Shown here piece after piece: positions 1 through 11,300 of a DNA stretch of 62,414 nt (position 1 is its first letter; each line of letters starts with the position of its first letter). Origin of the DNA: Mesotaenium endlicherianum. Taxonomy: Eukaryota. The notes beneath the pieces were generated by a model, which was not told the origin of the DNA, made no database searches, and saw nothing but the letters and a program-made list of their open reading frames with translations. The position numbers were made by a program, and so were the translations under genes. The stretch spans positions 190,787-253,200 of the forward strand of contig WELA01002374.1 in assembly GCA_009602735.1 (NCBI GenBank), given 5' to 3'.

Positions 1-1086
1 CCCCCCCCCCCCCGGACCCCCCCTCCAATCTCACTGAAGACCACTCCAAAGCCCTCCACCTGGCATAAGTCCGCAGCACGCTCGGGAGCTCATGCAAAGC
101 CTTCATAAGCCTTCCGATGCTTCCAAAGCGGCCTTGTTTCGGACAGACTAGCTGGTCCACTAACTCCTGCTTTAGCAAGCGCACTGGTAGCCCCTCCTTC
201 CCTCTGGAGCAGGGCCAAGTGCCCCGCATGTGCAACACCTGGCTAGGCGTGGCAGCTGTCACGAGCCCCATGTCGCCACCGCTTTGCCCTCTGTTGGTAT
301 GAGCAACAGCCTCCCAAGCTGCTGGATGCGGGGGGTGGCACAGGCCAGAAACCTGAAGGTGCTGGTGCTAAAACCTTAAAAATTAGGGTTAACACCCACA
401 CAGCGTTGAATGCGGTATCTTTGCCTGGCCCTGGGCAGAGCCTTGCTCCCGCCCCTGTGCCCCTCTGCCCTAGCTCTCTTGCCGCCCTCCACCCTCTACG
501 CGCTGCTCTTGAGCCTTCTGCTGCTCTGGAGGGTTCCCCGATGGAGGATGCCGGGGTTTGGGGTGCCAGCTGTTGTCCTTGCTGCTGTGCGAGGATTTGG
601 ATAAGATTCATGGCACGTGCTGCCCGCTCTGGTAGCGCAAGTGAAGCCTGGAGGATGCCTGCCCGCTGCTGCGCTCAGACGGTACTTGAGATGGGCAAGG
701 ATTGTGGCATTTGGGACATCTGGCACTGACGGCTCTGCTCTGGAAGGGCTTCATCTTTGACTCCAGGGAAATGCTGCTGCTGCAGCGGCGGCGGCGGCGG
801 TCTTGGGAGGGGCTTGGTACCGGGGAACACCAAAACATGCACATGTGTCAGCTGACCCCGAGTCTTGTGGGCTGCCCTTGCCCACGCAACTGACAGCTGT
901 GAGAACACACTGGCACACGCACATGTATATGCTCACTCTTGCGCTCTTCTGTCTGAGTGTGTGTGTGTGTGTGTGTATGGTCGTGCACGCGTGCATCCAT
1001 CCTCGCTAAAGGGTACTGTGGCATTGTAGGCATGCACTTGCAGCTGACAGACATGTGAGTATGTTGATGTATGTGTGCAATCGCAG

Positions 1087-3615
1087 GATTATGGGTGGGG
1101 ACGAAGTGACGGTCAAGTTTGACGTTGGAGGCTCTATTGTGAGCCTCGAACTAAAACCCCTTCTTAAGTTTCTAACCCCTAACTCCAATGGCCCAAACAC
1201 CCATCTCAACCCTGATCCCGAAACCCCGAGTTGGACCCTGACCCTGCCTCCAACGCAACGCCCCACGCTGTCTCTTGGGATCTACCCTGACCAGCCTTTC
1301 AAGCTAACTCTCATGCAAACACTAACCTTCACCTCAACAATTCAGCTCTATGCTTTGCTAGCGAGGTTCTCATCTTTGAGACGAGGGATCCGCTCTATAT
1401 ATTACCTCCTACCCTTGACAACGTTCCACTTTTCAAACAGTAGTGCTCATGCTGTCATACTTGTGTACCTGTAGATATGATGGAACTGTTACCAGTCTCA
1501 CAAGTTGCTTCGCACAGAAGTACAGTACAGAGACAGCTGGCAGGCTCGCTGGGCCGCCTGGTGGATGGCCCTGGCCAGCCAAAGTGCACGATGCAACCTC
1601 TTTGCCTGCTACCGAGGCGGCATGACGTCCTTCCTTAGAGTGTGAACGCGGATCAAGAAAGGATGAGGTTCGGAGCCAAGCTCACGAGGCTCCTGTGCGC
1701 TGCGTCTTCCCCCAACGGCAGGTGGAGGAGAGGGCGCTGGCGGGCGAGAACATTCTGCGCGTGGCGGAGCGGTGCGGCGTCATCGTCCCGGACCTGGTGC
1801 GCACGTGGCCCCCTCCCTGTCCGCATGATGCTTCGTGAATGACACCTGTTGCAAACTATGGACCCCTGCTGACCAGTAGCCAGCTCCTGGGGATTTCGAG
1901 ATCTACGTTTCACTCTGGTGCTGCGGAATGCAATGCTGAGCAGTCCTAACGGGTCCCCAAGCTGCAGCAAGAATTTCTTCATGATAAGCATCAAGTGACA
2001 TCTACGACACCGGTGGCATGCCGGTGGTCCCCACAAGGGCGAGAGTGGGCATCCTGCAAACCTCACGTTCCCAACGGACAAGTGTCAGGCGGACTAGCTC
2101 TCTGGCGTGCAGGCGCCCAAGGGGCTCCACCGCTGTGCGCTGTGGATTGCCCGCATGCATCGGTTGGGCAAATTGGTGGCATGTGTTCCCTGGGGTTCGT
2201 TGGCTGAACCCTAGGTCCCCTGCTCGGCCCCCTCGCGAGCAACCTTGAGCTTGCGCATGCGCGGCAGCGATAGCTTGCACCTGCTCGTCGGCCGGCGGGT
2301 GGCGGGTGGCGGGTCGGCAGCATGCAAGTCTGAAAGTCTTCCAGTTGGGCACGGTCACTCCCCAGCCATTGGTAGAGAGACCCTCGGCCCCCTTCAACCA
2401 TGCAAGATGGGCCTGGAAGGCGTGGCTACATACAGCGTGTGCAGTGAAGCTCTCTTGTGTCCGTCTGCCACACGAGGGCGCGGGCTCCTTCAACCCCAAA
2501 CTTCATACCGACCTCCAAACGTCGTGGTCCCTCTTAGGGAGCATGTGCGCGTGTGGGTTGTGACGACTGCCCGCGTCCTCTCGCGCGTGCGCAGGACTTC
2601 TGCTACGAGGGCACGTGCTGCCACTGTGAGATTGAGGTGAAGGGCGGCGCGCCCGAGGTGGGCTATCGCGCGGAGCCGCAAGGAGGGGACCTCGTGCGCA
2701 GCTGCATCTGCCCCGTACGTCCGCCCCCTGTCCTCTCCTCTCTCTCACTGCGTCTGTTTCTTTCCAGCCTGGCACACACAGGCACGAGATAGGCTCCTCT
2801 CCCACTTGTTTCCATTCTATCCTGCCCCAGGTCATGACAGAGGGCGCGCCGTACTGGGTGTAGCTGCAGAGGCGCTTCCCATTCCTCCTCCCGCCTCCCA
2901 AAGCACGGGGGACTTTTGTTGGAGGGTACGGAGACGGGGGGCAGGGTGGAATCTGCATCATAGGCACGCTTAAATGCAGGCACAGGTAGTACTAGGAGGT
3001 ATGGCAGCTGCTTGCTCTTGTGCGCATGGAGGCCCCCCCTTTGCTGGCCCTGGCTCTGGCTCTGTCACCGGCGCTGCCACGGCTCAGGCTTGCATGCTGG
3101 TCTCTTGCTCCCCCGTACCACCATGGAAGTAGAGCCTGAAGGAGCTGGCTGAGAGGGTGTAAGGCAGGTGCCAGGGCGGGACAAGTGGAAGGAGTGGGGA
3201 CAGCAGGCTAGGCTTGGGCTGCATGGGCTGTGCTATGTGTGGGGATAATGTCTCCCCTATGTGTAGAGTAGGGCACCTGTTGAAAAGGAACGGGAATTGC
3301 TGCTTTGCACGGATTCTTTGGGAGGTTTTTTACTTGTACGCGGGTGCAAGGGCGTGATAGGGTTGTGTATTTACTTAGTTGTGCATGTACAACAATCCTA
3401 GTTGCCTTTCTCTGCGGGCCAAAGGATAGTCCACAGGTTGTATCCGTTTGCCTGGCCCCCGCTGCCTGGGTTGTGCAAGTGGGACGTGGGAACCCATGTT
3501 TCTGAAAGTGTATGAACATGGCCTGCTCATGCCCTTGCAGGTGCCAGCTGGCAGAGACACCGTGCAAGTGAAGGTGCTGAGCGAGGAGGACGCGTGGGGC
3601 GATGGCGTGCTGTGA
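1087..3615 (+). CDS. 2Fe-2S ferredoxin-like protein (5'-partial; upstream exon(s) unresolved)
   Basis: Exons 1087-1138, 1722-1796, 2595-2714, 3541-3615 join in frame at GT-AG sites: IMGGDEVTVKFDVGGSI|VEERALAGENILRVAERCGVIVPDL|DFCYEGTCCHCEIEVKGGAPEVGYRAEPQGGDLVRSCICP|VPAGRDTVQVKVLSEEDAWGDGVL*. Shows the C-x4-C-x2-C...C 2Fe-2S motif and a fer2-like N-terminal GENILRVAERCGV segment. Confidence 0.85.
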
Positions 3616-4721
3616 TCGGCACACGTATCGTGCTACAGCTGTCGTAGTGTGATGTGATGTATAAGTCCATTGCAGCTAGTGGACGCTTGATAAGAATGTG
3701 AAGAAATTGATGTGTGCATGTATCAGTTTGTGGAAGTTGCTGTTTCTTACATTGTGATTTGCAATGTGCAGCTCAATTTTGCACAAATAGTGATGTTCCC
3801 TGTAAGCGTGCAGCCTGTACACTCTTCTGTTGGTACATTACACATGTTCTACAAGTATATTTCCTTACAAATAAATTTCCCATCTCCTTCATCGCCAAAT
3901 TCGTCTCCTCCATCTTTTGCATGAGAATCAAGTTGTGGGCGAAGATTACATATATGTGCTTGCACGCACTGGCCATGTCTTCAAAAAAACTCAACTCTGC
4001 ATGCTATGTGAGATGTTGCGAAATCATGCCAGCTAGGTCCATATGTACATGGGGAGATCTGCCACTAAATCGGGTCCATGCATGGGGCATGCAGCTAGAA
4101 GCAATTTGGCAGGCCAACATAAGAAGGTGCTAACCACTTGCAAACGTCTCCCTCAAGCAGACAACAAATGTTTTTTGTTCCTTCCAGATGCGTGGATTAC
4201 AACAGACAAGCGCAATCAGTACAATAGGCTGCAAGAAACACAGCCACATTTGAAAGTTTAACAAACTTCCCTCACCCCCCCTAAAAAATCTGAAGTCAGA
4301 TGCATTATTCTTGACACTCAAACATCAGCTATACCCAATAACATGAAAACTCTTCTAGCCCACCCAGCTACTTTAACGAGCCCTACTTGAGCACAATGCC
4401 TTCCCACCTGTCCAATGACAGTCACTGCAGTGCACACCTACGCGTCTTCTAGACATCCTTCGCGCAAATCGGCCCTAAAGTGAAAGCCAGTGGACAAGCA
4501 GTGAGAACATTTCTAAGTGAGCTTCGACATTAGCTTTGAAGCGAGCTTCCTGTAGGAGGTGGTTTGCGCTTTCCCAGACCCTTTGCCCATCCTTGCATCA
4601 ACAACCCTAAGCTTTTACAAGCCTGTTGAGGTGTCGGATGAAAGTGACACAGCATGCTCCCAATGGAGGAGTCTGTCCCGGCGATATTAAAATAGACACC
4701 TTCTTTTTCCCACTTCTTCCC

Positions 4722-5219
4722 TCACTTTCCTCTGTGTCGATGGCCTCCTCCCCTCCGCCTGCCGCCTGTCACCTCCTCGCCAGCCTCCGTCAAGTGGCCC
4801 CCACCCTGCCCGACAGAGGCACTCTCCACGCCCCCCTCGCTGGCCCCCGCTGTATTGGCCCCACTAAGTGCTGCTGCACTGCCCCCCCCCCGCCGGGTCT
4901 TTTTGACGCTCCTGCTGCTGCGCCTGCCGCTCGCAACGCTGCCACCTGGCATGCTGTGCTCCTCCTCGGCAGCATCCCTGTCTCTCGGCTCGTCGTCGTC
5001 GTTGGACACTCCTCTCACCCTCTTCTTCTTCTTACTGGGTGTAGCTGTTGGCGTCGCTGCAGCTGCACCATCCGCAAAGGCATCCCCCCGGGCAGCACAC
5101 AGCAGGGTCAGGTTACGGCCATGGGACCTCTTCCAAGATGTTGCTTTTGAACCTCTGCATAACTCCCAGCGGCCACGCAGCCCTGATGCAGAGGCAGAAA
5201 GAGCCGGGAAAAGGGAGAC

Positions 5220-5290
<71 letters not shown>

Positions 5291-5307
5291 NNNNNNNNNN
5301 NNNNNNN

Positions 5308-5399
<92 letters not shown>

Positions 5400-8300
5400 C
5401 GAGCAAAGGCGTGAACAATCAAGATCATTAAGAGAGCTTCCGTTCCCCGTCAGTTGCGTAAGGGAAAACAAATGATGCGAAGAAGGTGTCTCCTCTCTTC
5501 TCGTCTCACCCCGATGGGCGGCGCGGCTGCGCGGAGTCACTGCCACCTCCTCTTCCTCGTCTTGCTCAGGCGTGCGCGCGTGCTCCTCCTCCTCCTCCTC
5601 ATCATCATCATCCTTGTCGTCTTCCAGAAGCTTCCGACCCTCGGCCAGCGTGTCCCGCATGGACTTGGTGCGGTGCACAGCAGGGGTGCCACCGCCACCT
5701 GTTGCTGCGGCAGCACTCCTGCGTGTGTTTTTCCCGACCGACTGGACGCCAGCGCCGATGGCCGCTGCCGCTGCCGCTGCCGCTGCCGCCTCCGCCCTGC
5801 TGGCCTCCCGGGCCTTGAGCGAGGGTTGCCTGCCAGGTGGCACACACTCATGGCTTAATTAGCCACTTGCGGGTGAATCAATTTCTGCATAAAAGTACGC
5901 ACCAGAGCACAACGACATCGAAGCCAGAGACAGGGTGCATCGACACGTGCGATAGACACCCAACAGCCGCCAGGTTGTGCTGTTGTGGCGCACGAGAGCA
6001 GGGAGAAGAGGTAACACATGAAGAAGGGGACAACGAAGCAGGAGGGTTGGCAGTAAAGTTGCAAAAGCCGTGTAACGCCGACAGCGCATGCGGCGCACAA
6101 AAGGAGGACCACATGCGAGCACTGTCTTTCTGCCAGCAGCAGACGGGCGTCGAGCATCATGCCCAGAGAGGAGAGCAGCAGCAGGAACTCACTTCCTGCG
6201 CTGCGGCCGATTGGCGGGGGTAAGCCTCTCCTGCGTCTGTGTCTCCCCCGCCTCCTCCTCCTGCTCCTGCCCCTGCTCCCTGACCTGCACCTCCTCAACC
6301 TCCTCCACCTCCTCATCTCCATCCTCCCCTTGCTCCTCCTCCTCCTCCTCCTCCTCCTCCTCCTCCTCCTCTGTGTCGCGAATGACCTGCTGACTTGCCA
6401 GTTCCAGCTCCAGCTGTTGCGATGCTGAGGGGTCAGCATCAGCTCCACCTACGCCCCCGCCTGCGTCTTTCTCAGTCGCCTCAGCCAGGGGGGCTGACGT
6501 GCCCTCCCCCCCACCCTCCGCAGCAGCAGCAGGGCTGGTAGCGGCGGCGGCGGCAGTGGTGGTGGTGGTTGTGGTGGTGGTCTTCTTCACCACCGTGAAC
6601 TCCACCATCCTGGGAGTGCCTGCACTCACGCTTGGCGCCGCCTCTTCTACTGCTGGCAGCCCCTCAAGCACGATTGCTGGCACGGTTGCCAGCCCGGTCC
6701 GTGGCGGCGTCGTTGCGGAGGTGACAGCTGGCAGCCCTGCGCCAGGGGCGGTAGGTGGCGGCGTGGCCCCCCCCCGCGTGAACAGCTGCGAGCACCGGTC
6801 CAACACCCACCTGACCCGCATTGGGGATGTCAGCTGCCGGCTGGGGGTGGCGCCAGGTGGCGGCGTCTGAATCCCGGCGACCAAGTCTCTGCCACCTGCC
6901 GCGACCGCGTGAGCAGCCCCAGCCACGGCCGGGCTGCCTGCGCCCACGCCCACATGCGCTTGCACAGCTCCCCCATGCCCCCCCGTCAAGTGCTCCTTGC
7001 CCCCGCTCCCGCCCAGCGCGTCGGCGTGCAGGCGGGCCGCATGCTTCTGGCGCTGGAGGTCGGCGAGCGTGGCCTCGATGCTCTCCCACTCGCCCCTCAT
7101 CTGCGCACGCTCCTGGTCCAGCCTCCGCCTCTCCTCCTCCAGGCTCGCCCGCTCCAGCTCGAGGCTGGCGCTTTTGGCATCCATGGCTGCCAGCAGCGCC
7201 AGCCGCTCCCTCTCCAAGGAGCCCCTCTCACTCTGCAGAGCCTGCCTGGCCTGCTCCTCCGCCGCCCGCTCCTCCGCCAGCACATTCTGCAGCACCTGCA
7301 GCGCTGCCCGCTCTGTCTCCAGCAGCGTTGCCTCCGCTGCCGCCCGGCTTTGTTCCGCCAGCACCTCCTGCTTCTGCCAGGTGTCAAGCCACAGTGTCCA
7401 AGTCAGTCCGCCGACCACGCACACACACACAAACACTCAGCGTGCGCGCATGCGCGGGCGTCAATGCACTCCCGATTCACAAGCCTTGACATATCAGTCG
7501 GCCATGAGCGAGGAGCAAAAAGTAGCACACCAAAAGCACAAATGCAGCTCCAACAGTCATTGAGGCGAGCAAGCAAGCAAGGAAGCAGGCAGGAGGAAGG
7601 TACGGACGGCTTCAACAAACGCGGGCCAGGACATTGAGCGGAGACAGGAGGAGACAGAGAAGAGCCTGGCAGGCACCAGGCACAGGTGTGGGCTACAAGC
7701 AGGCCTATGTGAAACGCACACTCACACTTCACACACAAGCACACACAAGCACACACGCACCTGCTCGTCCACCTCAGCACTGAGCAGCAGCAGCCTGGCC
7801 GTCTCGCGCGTGCTCTCCTCCACCGCCCTGGCAAGCTCCTCCTTCTCCCGCGCCACCTTCTCCTGCTCCTTCTCCACCTCCTCCCTCGCCCTTGATGCCG
7901 CCAGCGCCGCCGTTGCCGCCCCTCTCTCCTCCTCCTCCACCTGCGCCAGTCTCTCCTCCAGCTCCGCCTGCCGTGCCTCCACAGCAGCCCTCTCCTCCAC
8001 CACCTCCCGCTTCTCCTTCTCCACCCCCTCCCTCGCCTCCAGGACCACCTCCCTCTCTGCGACAGCCTGCGACCTCTCCTCTTTCAGCACCTGCCTCTGC
8101 GCGCAGATCTCTGCCAGCACACGGCTGGCCGCCTCCTTCTCCTCCTCCGCCTCCACCCTCTCCGTGGCCAGCTGCTCAGCCTCCCAAGCCGCCTTCTCTG
8201 CCTCCGCCCGCACGCGCGCCTCTCCCTCCGCCACGCGGGCAACCTCCTCCTCCACCTTGGCCCTCTCCGCCTCCAGCGTCGCCTGCGCCGCTTCCAGCAT

Positions 8301-11300
8301 GGCCTTCACCGCCGCCAGCTGTTGCTTCTCCTCCTCCGCCTGCCCCCGCTGCGCCTCCAGCCGCTCAATTTGGCGACGAATTTCGCCCTCCTCCTCCTCC
8401 GCCTCCTTGCGCTCGCGGCGCAGCGCCTCCCTCTCGCCCCTCAGGTCCGCAAGCACCCCCTCGGCGCTGGCCTTCACGTCCTGGAGCTCCTCCTGCGCCC
8501 TCTTGACTCTCAGCAGCTCCCCCTGCTGCACCAGCTCCCAGCCCTCCCTCTCTGCCTTCATCCTGGCCGCCAGCACCCGGCGCTCTCTCTCCACCGCCTC
8601 CCTCGCCTCCTCCGCCTCCTTCCTGGCCCTCTCCACCTCCCCCCTCACCCTTTCAAGCTCCGCCCTCTCCCCCTCCAGCACTCCCCTCTCCTCCGCCGCT
8701 CTCGCCCGCTCTGCCTCGAGCCCCTTCAGCTCGGCCTCCGCCGCGCTCTGCTGAGCTGTCAGCCCCTCGGCCTCCGCTCGCCAGCTCTCACGCTCCCTCT
8801 TCGTCTCCTCCCTCTCCTCCTTCAGAGCCTCCCGCGCCCGCTGGATCTCCCGAAGCGCCACCTGGCAGGCCTCGCTCTCGCCCGCCACCGCCGCCCGGTC
8901 CCGCTCCAGCGCCGCCCGCTCGCGGTCCAGCGCCGCCCGCTCCTTGAGCGCGGCCGCCTCCTCCTCCTTGACCTCCCGCTCCACCTCCTCCTCACGCTGC
9001 AGCACGCGCGCCCTTTCCTTCTCCGCCTCCTCCTCCTGCAGCCGCGCCTGCGTGAGCAGCCCCGCCCGCTGCTCCTCCAGCGCGGCTCGCCCCCTCTCCA
9101 CCTCCCGCCGCTCCTCCTCCAAGCGCTCCCTCTCCGCCTGCACCTCACTCTGGGCCCGCTCCACTGCCTGCAGCTGCGCAGCCACGCGGGCCCTCTCAGC
9201 CAACACGCCCTCCCACTCGTCCTTTGCGTCCTCCCTCTGCCGCGCCACCTCCTGCCACTTGCCCTGGGCCTCCCGCAGCGCCGCCAGCGACTGCTGCCTC
9301 TCGGCCACCGCCGCCGCCGCCGCCTTCTGCGCCTCCGCCCGTGCCCTTGCAACCTCCTCCTGCTCCGCCGCCACCGCTGCCCGCTCCCTCTCCACCTCCT
9401 CCGTCTCGCGCGCGATCACGGCCCTCGCCCTCTCAGCCTCCTCGTTGGCCTTCGCCAGCTCGTCCTCCGCTGCCCGCATCACCCGCAGCGCCTCCTCCTC
9501 CGCCTGCGCGCGCTCGCTCTCCACGCGCGCGCGCTGCTCCTCCAGAGAGCGCGCCTCCCTCTCCACCTTGATGGCGCGCTCCTGCACCTCCGCAAACTGC
9601 GCGCTCCTCTCCGCCCCCTCCCTGCGGCCCTCCTCACGCTCCCGCTTCAACCGCTGGGCCGCCTCCTCCACCTCACGCGCGCGCGCCCTCACCTCCTCCC
9701 GGGCGGCCTCCACCGCCTCCCGCTCCGTTGCCAGCGCCAGCCTCTCCAGGTCCACCTGCGCGCGCTCCCTCCCCGCCGCCTCCGCCTGCCCGCGGAACTC
9801 GCTCTCCAGCCGCTCGCGCACCCTCGCAGACTCTGCGTGCATCTCCGCCTGCGCCGCCGCCAGCTTGCTCGCCTTGCTGGCCAGAGCCTCCTCGCGCTCC
9901 TTCTGCACCCTCTCCACCTCCTTCCGGGCGGCATCCAGGGCCTTCCCAGCAACATCCACGCCCTCCCAGCGCTCCTCCAGCCGCAGCCGCTCGCCCTTGA
10001 GCTCCTCCCGCTGCTCCGCCACCTCGCTCTCCAGCCGTGCCACCTGGTGCCGCTCCGCCGCGACACCTGCCAGCTCCTCTCGCACGCTCTCCTCCGCCGC
10101 CGCCAGGCGCGCGCGACCCTCCTCCAGGGCGGCTGCGTCTGCCTTCAGCCTGTCTGCCAGCTGGGCCGCCGCCGCCCTCTCCTCTGCCAGCACCTCCCTT
10201 CCTTGCTCGAGCCTGCCCAGACCACACCACCAAGACGTCTTATGAGGCCTCCATGAAAGTTTTGGGGGGTTCCTTAGTGGTGAAGTTCTTGTTGTTGTGA
10301 GGATGCACTTCATTAAACACACAACTTCAACGTACGTTTACGTGGACCCCACAGAGCATCAGAGACGGCTCCCGCACAACCACTGAATTGGGTCTGCAAT
10401 GAGGGGCCACCAAAAAAAAAAATCCGGTTTTCGTTCAGGTACTGCCCCCCCTGCCGAAGCTGAATGGGCCACATGGCGCTTTCTGCAAGCCCCACGTGTA
10501 GCCCACACGACTTGAATATCCAGACATTCCACTATTCCAACTGTGTTCAGGTTTGATGTGACCAAAACCAGTAATATCCTTCTCTACGTGAGCTCTTGGA
10601 GGTCGAGCTTAGTGCTGCCAGCGCATCAAGGCTCTTCCTTCTCTGACCCCACAAATCTCGCAAGGACCACAGCGGGCAGTCAGTCCTCACCGCAAACGCA
10701 AACGCAAAACCCCCGCTGCAATCCTGAGCCCTAGAATGAGAGAGCTGCCGGGCAACGCGAGCCTGGAAGGTGGAGCTCACCAACAGCGACGCCCATGCGC
10801 CCAACATCTGGCGGACCTTGGCCACTGCCTGGGCTCACTCGCAACCAACGGCATTCCAGGACGGGCAGGAACATGCCAAAGTCTGCTGATGCTAAGGCGT
10901 GCAGACACAGACATGCACGCGTGAAAGGGGGCAGTCTCTGTGCCTTCCAGTGATAGGTGTGGGGCTCTTTGGGCGGCCGCAGACACCCCCGTGTCTGCTC
11001 TCACACACACACTTAGGCTGTGTATGGCTGTATGGGGATATATAGAGACGCATGTACCGCAAGCGTATGCTGGTAAGACCAATACCCGCACAAGTGGGCG
11101 CACATAGGCACTAAAGTGTGACTGTGTGTTTATGCATGCGTCATAATTGTACGCAAGAGGACCATGAAGCACAACCGACACTCGCCCACACACACGCAGT
11201 CCGAAAGAGATTGAGTCGGGCAAATGCACGCCCATGTGTAGCAGCAGTGGGGCGCAACAAGGGGCAGCAGCGTACAGCTGGCGGTCATGGTCCAGAGCCT

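Noticed and set aside
1..1086. Several 60-120 aa ORFs on both strands
   Set aside because: No motif or convincing exon chain; may hold the ferredoxin 5' exon but cannot be resolved.
4722..5843. 373-aa ORF with poly-(LS), and antisense poly-(RE) ORFs
   Set aside because: They read through an intron containing (CT)n and an N gap. GT at 5509 and AG at 5063 explain the structure.
7810..10256. Long plus-strand ORFs (644, 433, 314 aa) rich in S/L/P
   Set aside because: Antisense shadows of the GC-rich NMCP coiled-coil exon.
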